Shown: positions 57,899 through 64,000 of the stretch, piece after piece
Position numbering within the stretch: the first letter of the stretch is position 1
How the letters are laid out: every line of letters starts with the position of its first letter
From: a bacterium
GTDB taxonomy: Bacteria; JAMCPX01
Reading direction: 5' to 3'
Length of the DNA: 64,000 nt
Assembly: GCA_037439545.1 (NCBI GenBank)
Contig: JBBIVV010000002.1
Location: 1-64,000 of the forward strand
Program-made: the position numbers and the translations under genes
The notes under the pieces: model-generated
Databases searched by the model: none
What the model saw: only the letters and a program-made list of their open reading frames with translations
Told to the model about the DNA's origin: nothing

Positions 57899-59137
57899 AT
57901 GCACACGAAGAAAGCAAGGGTAACAGTCCTCGGAGGCTGCGGTGCCGTAGGCAGTGTTGCAGTCAAGACGCTTGTCAAACATCCGGAATTTTCCGAGGTG
58001 GTGATTGCGGATTATAACCTGAATAAAGCAAGAGAAATGGCAAGGCAGCTCAAGGGCAAACAGGTATCGGCGATAAAATTCGACGCGCTCAATAAAGCGA
58101 GCACGGAGAAAGCCATAAAAGGCAGTGATGTGGTTATAAACTGTGTGGGCCCTTTCTATAATACGGTCAAACCCATACTGAATGCCGTTATAAAATCCCG
58201 CGTAAACTATGTCGATGTCTGCGATGATGTAGATGTGACGCTTGATATCCTCGATACTATGAATGATAGAGCAAAAAAGGCAGGAATAGCAGCCCTGATA
58301 GGTATGGGAAGCTCACCCGGGGTTACCAATATAATCGCGAGACTCGCATCGGAACAATTGCTGGAAGAAACAGATTCAGTCGATATATTTCACGCCCATG
58401 GCGGTGAGCCCATCGAGGGTGAAGGTGTTATCGGACACCGCTTCCATTGTATGACGATCGATATACCCATGTATCTTGACGGCAGTCTCCGCTATGTCAA
58501 ATATTTTGAAGACAGCGGCATCAAACTCCGTCAGACGTTTAACTTCCCTGTAATTGGCGAGGCTCCCATATTCCCTTATCCGCATCCGGAACAGGTCACA
58601 ATACCGACCTATATAAAACTGAAGCAGGTAACAAATAAAGGCACGGTTGTACCCATTGAATACTATAACCTTATTGGAGAGATGTGCAGGCTCGGGCTTG
58701 CAAGCAAGGAACCGATCAAAGTAAAGGGAAAGACGGTTGTACCGTATGATTTTGCTGTTGCATACATTATAAAGCAGAGGGAACGCATACTGAAAGAAAC
58801 GAACTTCGGCAGGCAGCGCGGGTGCGTGTCCGTTGTGGTAAAAGGAAAAAAAGAAGGCAAATACAGGGAATACCGTTTCCATGTCGCTTCACAGAGCCAG
58901 GCACTCGGGGAAGGCACGGGCATACCCGTTGCAATGGGCGCACTACTCATGCATCAGGGCAAGATAACGGGGAAAGGTATAATGCCTCCCGAGGCGTGTA
59001 TCAGTCCTGCCGACTTTCTCGGCCTGCTGCCGCAGGTGATGGACATGGACAAGGAAAAAGGAGGGGCAGGCGGTTTCAGCGGGTTCCTCATAGAAAAGGT
59101 GGATGAGTTTGGCAATGTCACAAAGGTAGACCTATGA
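57899..59137 (+). CDS. Saccharopine dehydrogenase-family NAD(P)-binding oxidoreductase
   Basis: VLGGCGAVG, INCVGPFY, NYVDVCDD, GMGSSPGVTN, HPEQVT, G.MPPE. Confidence 0.85.
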   Translation: MHTKKARVTVLGGCGAVGSVAVKTLVKHPEFSEVVIADYNLNKAREMARQLKGKQVSAIKFDALNKASTEKAIKGSDVVINCVGPFYNTVKPILNAVIKSRVNYVDVCDDVDVTLDILDTMNDRAKKAGIAALIGMGSSPGVTNIIARLASEQLLEETDSVDIFHAHGGEPIEGEGVIGHRFHCMTIDIPMYLDGSLRYVKYFEDSGIKLRQTFNFPVIGEAPIFPYPHPEQVTIPTYIKLKQVTNKGTVVPIEYYNLIGEMCRLGLASKEPIKVKGKTVVPYDFAVAYIIKQRERILKETNFGRQRGCVSVVVKGKKEGKYREYRFHVASQSQALGEGTGIPVAMGALLMHQGKITGKGIMPPEACISPADFLGLLPQVMDMDKEKGGAGGFSGFLIEKVDEFGNVTKVDL

Positions 59138-59165
59138 CAGGGACAGCGCCCTATTTTCTTAGTCT

Positions 59166-59392
59166 CCCTCTTAAGATAAGAGGGTCGGAAGGGCGTTATG
59201 AAATTGTGCCGCTATTATTCGTAACTCCTGTAGCCCCTCTTAATCTGAGGCTGTGTCACAATCCTGAAAATCTCAATATTGTCATGCTGAATTTATTTCA
59301 GCATCTATCAAAATCAATGGCTTATGAGACCCTGAAACAAGTTCAGGGTGACAAAAACACTGTTGTGACACAGTCACCCTAAGAGGGGTAAC
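59166..59392. repeat. Palindromic element copy D, interrupted by a nested MITE
   Basis: CCCTCTTA-AGA-TAAGAGGG-TCGGAAGGGCGTTAT...GTAACTCCTGTAG-CCCCTCTTAATCT [insert] CCTAAGAGGGGTAAC. Confidence 0.75.
59247..59377. mobile_element. Non-autonomous MITE-like insert carrying an internal double-hairpin REP (59281-59352)
   Basis: TIRs GAGGCTGTGTCACAA / TTGTGACACAGTCAC (13/15); inner GTCATGCTGAATTTATTTCAGCATCT ... AGACCCTGAAACAAGTTCAGGGTGAC. Confidence 0.65.
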
Positions 59393-59409
59393 ACAGAAGA
59401 GTACAATTC

Positions 59410-60990
59410 ATGCAGGAAAACAATAAACCGTATATTCTTGCGATAGATCACGGCACATCCGGGTGCAAGGTTGCAGTTATATCTATAGACGGTAAGGTTG
59501 CTGATTTCGAGTTTGAACCGACGCCGCTCTATTTTTCCCCGGGAGGAGGTGCCGAGCAGGATCCCCAGGACTGGTGGAACGGCATAGTCAATGCCACAAA
59601 AAAACTTATCACCAGAGGAAAAGTAAGACCTCAGGACATCGTATCTGTTGCAGTATCGAGCACCTTTTCGACGACAGTGGCAGTAGATAAACAGGGCACA
59701 TCCCTGATCAGGGCGATTACATGGATGGACTCACGCGGGGCCCCGTACATAAAGGAGCTGATGACCGGGATTATCAACATTGAGGGATACGGACTGAGCA
59801 AGATCCTTTCATGGATATACAAGACGGCAGGCGGTCCCCAGCTCTCAGGTAAGGACGATATTGCACATGTCTTGCTTGTGAAGAATAAATATCCCGAAGT
59901 TTACGACAAAACATTCAAATTCCTCGGCAGTAAGGATTATCTTAATCTCAGGCTTACCGGCGAGTTTGCGGCGTCATACGATTCCATGATGCTGTTCTGG
60001 ATCACCAACACCCGGGACATAAATAATATACACTATGACGATGTATTGATACGGCGGCTCAAGATCGACAAGGAAAAATTGCCCCCATTAAAATATTCTA
60101 CGGACATTATAGGCACTCTGTGCAAAGGCGCTGCATATGAGCTCGGACTGAACACAGGTATAAAAGTCGTGTGCAGCTCACCCGATCACCAGACAGCACT
60201 GGTAGGTTCCGGTGCTGTGCGGGATTTTGAAGGGCACCTGTATATAGGCACATCTTCGTGGATTGAATGTATAGTGCCGTTTAAAAAGACGGATATGTTC
60301 CACAGCATCGCATCCATACCTTCTGCCATACCGGGTAAATACCAGTGTATAGATGAGCAGGACATTGCAGGAGGAAGTCTTTCATTCCTCTTGAACAACA
60401 TAATGTTTTATAAAAACGAGCTGCAGGGAACGTCAGTGCCGGATACACCTTATAAGCTTATGGACGAGATCGCAGCAAAGGTGCCTGCCGGCAGCAACAA
60501 GGTGATAGTGACGCCATGGCTCAATGGAGAGCGCAGTCCTGTCGACAGTACGACCTTGAAAGGCAGCATTTACAACATCTCAATGACCACGAACATGAAT
60601 GATATTATCCGTGCTTTTCTTGAAGGTGTGGCATACAATGCCGCATGGAACCTGAATTACGTCGAAAAGTTTATAGGCAGGCAATTCGATTTTATCAATA
60701 TAATCGGCGGCGGTGCACAGTCTGATCTATGGTGCCAGATATTTGCCGATGTGATGTCACGGAATATCAGGCAGGTGAAGGACCCAATGCAGGCAAATGC
60801 AAGGGGGGCGGCGTTCATCGCATCCGTCGGACTCGGTTATATAAAATTCGACGATATACCCGGATTAATCGAGTACAACAGGACATTCTCACCGGATCAA
60901 AAAAACCGCGGCATCTACGAAGAATTGTTCGCAGAGTTTCTCGATATATATAAAAATAACAGGTCCATATTTAATCGTTTAAACAGGTGA
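59410..60990 (+). CDS. FGGY-family carbohydrate kinase (xylulokinase-like)
   Basis: LAIDHGTSGCK, EQDPQDWW, ITWMDSR, KDYL..RLTG, IGTS, PWLNGERSP, GGGAQS.LW.QIFADV. Confidence 0.9.
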   Translation: MQENNKPYILAIDHGTSGCKVAVISIDGKVADFEFEPTPLYFSPGGGAEQDPQDWWNGIVNATKKLITRGKVRPQDIVSVAVSSTFSTTVAVDKQGTSLIRAITWMDSRGAPYIKELMTGIINIEGYGLSKILSWIYKTAGGPQLSGKDDIAHVLLVKNKYPEVYDKTFKFLGSKDYLNLRLTGEFAASYDSMMLFWITNTRDINNIHYDDVLIRRLKIDKEKLPPLKYSTDIIGTLCKGAAYELGLNTGIKVVCSSPDHQTALVGSGAVRDFEGHLYIGTSSWIECIVPFKKTDMFHSIASIPSAIPGKYQCIDEQDIAGGSLSFLLNNIMFYKNELQGTSVPDTPYKLMDEIAAKVPAGSNKVIVTPWLNGERSPVDSTTLKGSIYNISMTTNMNDIIRAFLEGVAYNAAWNLNYVEKFIGRQFDFINIIGGGAQSDLWCQIFADVMSRNIRQVKDPMQANARGAAFIASVGLGYIKFDDIPGLIEYNRTFSPDQKNRGIYEELFAEFLDIYKNNRSIFNRLNR

Positions 60991-61048
60991 AGAAAGCTGT
61001 TGCAGAATGTGTGAAAATATATTAAACTTGCAATAACCTGGAGGATGT

Positions 61049-61426
61049 ATGGCGGAAAAAGAAAAGCTCGTTATAGCAGACGATATGGACACAGTTCTGA
61101 TGCTGGAAGAGATACTTTTAAAAAAAACGGGTTATGAAATCATCAAGGCTAAAACAGGAACAGAAGCACTGAAGAAGATACAGACTGCAAAACCGAAGAT
61201 CGCACTGCTCGATCTTATCATGCCGGAAATGAACGGCGATGCGATTTGCAGGTTCATTAAGAACAACAATGAATTGAAACACATTAAAATTGTCATTATA
61301 ACATCGCACGGAAAACCCGAAGACAAAGAACGCGCAATGAAGAGCGGATGCGATTATTTTCTTACAAAGCCGGTGAGCAGCAGACAATTGCTCGATATAA
61401 TTGCCAAAGAATCACTGGAAAGGTGA
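61049..61426 (+). CDS. Single-domain response regulator
   Basis: IADD, LLDLIMPEMNG, ITS, GCDYFLTKP. Confidence 0.9.
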   Translation: MAEKEKLVIADDMDTVLMLEEILLKKTGYEIIKAKTGTEALKKIQTAKPKIALLDLIMPEMNGDAICRFIKNNNELKHIKIVIITSHGKPEDKERAMKSGCDYFLTKPVSSRQLLDIIAKESLER

Positions 61427-61492
61427 TACCGCGCACATGGGGTAAATACCGACAATGTACGTGCGGTAAATCAGGAAAGACTGAAAGATGAT

Positions 61493-63541
61493 TTGACACA
61501 GTTTACTCTTTCCCTCATCCAGGCTTTATTAAAAACAGGATATTACGCACCCGAACATCCTGCATCACTGAAGGCAAAATCAGGACTTTATGAAGATTTT
61601 GTAAAGCTCCTTGCCGGTAAAGATGAGATCACATTCGTAAAATTCGTTCAACCGGAGAAACTCGATGTACTCATTGAAGGCGTGCTCGAGGAGCAGTTCA
61701 GCCTTAAATCAGGCATGTCGGGCGGTATGGCTGAACTTTTCATACCGCGGTTCATAGATTATTTTGTCAGGCGCAATCTTGCAAGCTTCTCGATAAAGAA
61801 AATAATAGGAAAAGAAGCATTCGAGAATTTCCTCGAACTCATGAGTAAACCGCATACCGAGCACGACGATCGCAAAGACGCTTTCATCGATGAACTGAAG
61901 GTAAACGGCATATTCAATGTATCCGTTATATTCGATATCGACCTTCTCGGAGAGATCAAGGCCCTGCCCTGGCGGGTGAGGCTTACACTCGCAAGGTTTG
62001 TTAAAGACCTCAGACTCCTGCCGGTTTTCAAAGACAATGTGCAAGAAAAAATTATAATAGCGAAGGCAGAGCTTATTAAGGAAATTGTAAGGCCATTGAA
62101 GGACCCCATACTTTTGAAAGATATACTGATTAACTGCGACCTCGCCGAAAAGCTGATGACGGATGCCGCGGAGATAGATGTCCCGGGCACGATCCTTTCG
62201 GTAATCCCTGCACAGCAGCTTGTCAGGATCGGCGATAGCATGATGAAGGAGTCCGGAGAATCGAAAAAGCCGTTGTCCGGGAAAACGGACGAGGCAGCGG
62301 AAAGAAAGAAGAAAAGATATATTACCGTCATAAGCAGGCTTGCGTTCAAGTTGATCGAAGATAACGACACAGCAGGTGACGGCCTCCTTGAGGAGATCCA
62401 CGCAAAAGAAATGGTAACGTACGATGCCCTGCCTCCAAGGATCAAGAAGGCAATAAAAATCAAGAAGTTTGCAAAGGAGTTCGCACAATCACCGGACACC
62501 TATCTTGGCCGTATCCAGGACAGCAGGACAATCGAAGGAACGGGCACCACGGCAGACATGATCATGCTCGCGATACCCGAACTGCTGAAGCATGAGAACC
62601 ATGAGCTCGTATCAAAAACCGTAAAATCGTATCAGAGGTACCAGGGAACGTCAGGAGTAGTACGGCATGCGATCGATATGCTCGCGGCCAACGGAATTTT
62701 AAATAATCTCGAGCACCTGCTCAGTTCAACGGATGTCAATACTGCCGGCACGGTACTCGATGTTTTAAGGCTGAGCGGTAAAGACGGAATACCCTGTTTA
62801 ATCGATGCAATGAAACAGGCGGAGAATATCGGTATAAGAAAAAGGATAATCAACATCCTTGTGGAGCTTGGACCGGACTCGGAAACTGTGCTTCTCAACG
62901 AGCTCAAGAAGAAAGACCATCCGTGGTACCTGCTGAGGAACATCATACTTATATTGGGTGATATGAAGTCCAAAAAGGCGCCCGATTTCTTTTCTGAATT
63001 ATGGCTGCATGAACATCCCCGCGTAAGAGAGGAAATACTGTCGTCGACGTTCAAGATCTTTGACAAAGAGGGAGAAGGAATTTTTATCGAAGCCCTCGAG
63101 GACAGGAATGATGCAGTAAGAAAAAAAGCAATATACTATCTCGGCATGATTAAGAGCACGGATAAGAATGTCATAAAGGAACTCATAAACGTCATCAGGA
63201 AGCGTTCGGCAGACGAAAAAGAACCTCCTGATGCATTACAGATCCAGGCTGTGGTTTCACTCGGACTTATCGGCAGTCATTCAAAAGACTATTACGATGC
63301 CATTGAACAAACGCTGATATATATAATGACTCCTGAGCAAAAAAAACTATTCGGCATTGGAAAACCGGACATGCGTGAGAAATCCGATATAGTGAAAATT
63401 ACCATGTGCAATGCACTTTCCATGCTCAGTTCGAAGAAAGCCCTGCCTTTACTGGATAAACTCCGGAGATCCAAAAACAATGAATTGGCAAAAGCAGCAA
63501 GGGATGCTATTGATAAGATAGCTGCAGTAGTCACGCAGTAA
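61493..63541 (+). CDS. HEAT-repeat domain protein
   Basis: All-helical; N-terminal YYAPEHP; HEAT-like PWYLLRNII.ILG, HEHPRVREE, D.NDAVRKKAI..LG. Confidence 0.75.
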   Translation: MTQFTLSLIQALLKTGYYAPEHPASLKAKSGLYEDFVKLLAGKDEITFVKFVQPEKLDVLIEGVLEEQFSLKSGMSGGMAELFIPRFIDYFVRRNLASFSIKKIIGKEAFENFLELMSKPHTEHDDRKDAFIDELKVNGIFNVSVIFDIDLLGEIKALPWRVRLTLARFVKDLRLLPVFKDNVQEKIIIAKAELIKEIVRPLKDPILLKDILINCDLAEKLMTDAAEIDVPGTILSVIPAQQLVRIGDSMMKESGESKKPLSGKTDEAAERKKKRYITVISRLAFKLIEDNDTAGDGLLEEIHAKEMVTYDALPPRIKKAIKIKKFAKEFAQSPDTYLGRIQDSRTIEGTGTTADMIMLAIPELLKHENHELVSKTVKSYQRYQGTSGVVRHAIDMLAANGILNNLEHLLSSTDVNTAGTVLDVLRLSGKDGIPCLIDAMKQAENIGIRKRIINILVELGPDSETVLLNELKKKDHPWYLLRNIILILGDMKSKKAPDFFSELWLHEHPRVREEILSSTFKIFDKEGEGIFIEALEDRNDAVRKKAIYYLGMIKSTDKNVIKELINVIRKRSADEKEPPDALQIQAVVSLGLIGSHSKDYYDAIEQTLIYIMTPEQKKLFGIGKPDMREKSDIVKITMCNALSMLSSKKALPLLDKLRRSKNNELAKAARDAIDKIAAVVTQ

Positions 63542-63569
63542 TGACATTGGGAGAAAATTGAGGAGGTTT

Positions 63570-64000
63570 ATGAAGTATACCTGCTATTTAATACCGGCTT
63601 TTATAGCGGCACTGACATCCTGCGCATCGAGCGGTAATCAGGCGCCCAACATTTTGACCGCAAATACGGAATCACAGATCAGGTCTTTGCTGAATATTCC
63701 GGTAAATGCAGGCGAGGTGATGATAGTGAGCCAATCCTCACACTGGGACCCGGACTGGCAAAGTACTTTCGATACCTATTACAGCGCAAACGTGGATTCT
63801 ATCGTAAAACATGCGCTGAACATGCTTGATACCTATAAAGGATATTATTATTCCATATGCGAGATTATTTATTTGCAAAAATACTGGAACGTGCATCCCG
63901 AGGACCATGCACGGATCGTAAAGTATCTGAAGGATGGTCAATTGAGGATCGTAGGCGGCGGTATGACGAGCCCGGACACGAACCTCCCGGCTGGAGAAGC
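63570..64000 (+). CDS. Glycoside hydrolase family 38 (alpha-mannosidase-like) lipoprotein, 5' part only (runs off window; not in ORF track)
   Basis: GAGGAGG RBS; LTSC lipobox; SHWDPDW metal-binding motif and GQLRIVGGGMTSPDTN. Confidence 0.7.
   Translation, partial: MKYTCYLIPAFIAALTSCASSGNQAPNILTANTESQIRSLLNIPVNAGEVMIVSQSSHWDPDWQSTFDTYYSANVDSIVKHALNMLDTYKGYYYSICEIIYLQKYWNVHPEDHARIVKYLKDGQLRIVGGGMTSPDTNLPAGE

Noticed and set aside
57899..60990. Assigning a specific pathway to the saccharopine dehydrogenase-like + FGGY kinase pair
   Set aside because: Family-level motifs only; the substrate cannot be inferred from the sequence
61709..62499. Long antisense ORFs (259 and 246 aa) and the many other shadow ORFs in the track
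   Set aside because: They lie opposite or within well-supported genes and show no recognisable motifs
1..64000. CRISPR arrays, tRNA/rRNA genes, transposases, selenocysteine read-through in Qmo/Hdr-like genes
   Set aside because: No regularly spaced repeats, no RNA-gene signatures recognised by eye, no transposase ORF, and the relevant ORFs are uninterrupted

Overview
Bacterial chromosomal window from a probable anaerobic sulfur-cycling organism with Deltaproteobacteria/Nitrospirota-like gene content; taxonomy and direction of sulfur metabolism cannot be fixed from this window. Left part (1-13.3 kb): a SAM methyltransferase, a sigma54-driven Cus-type heavy-metal RND operon with two YHS proteins, PolX, an ICMT-family methyltransferase and a 9-heme cytochrome c lipoprotein. 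Core (13.4-57 kb): a ~44-kb sulfur/energy island. It contains a CoA-persulfide-reductase-like flavoprotein, sat-aprBA-qmoABC, two TauE transporters each preceded by a small membrane protein, and a SulP transporter. It also holds two NarI+CCG (DsrMK/HmcEF-like) pairs, a rearranged Hmc-like complex with an NrfD-hexaheme fusion, three histidine kinases, several receiver proteins, and FOUR paralogous PEP-synthase-like proteins that keep the ATP-grasp and phospho-His domains but lack the pyruvate-binding barrel. A shared TTGTATAC-n-GTATACAA-type operator sits at five promoters of the island. Right part: LysE, saccharopine-dehydrogenase-like protein, FGGY kinase, receiver, HEAT-repeat protein and the start of a GH38-like lipoprotein. 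Intergenic palindromic REP/MITE-like repeats occur, one of them triply nested. No rRNA, tRNA, CRISPR or transposase was seen. The best candidate for an undescribed system is the repeated [PEPS-like phosphotransferase + Cache histidine kinase + receiver + oxyanion transporter] module co-regulated with sat-apr-qmo.
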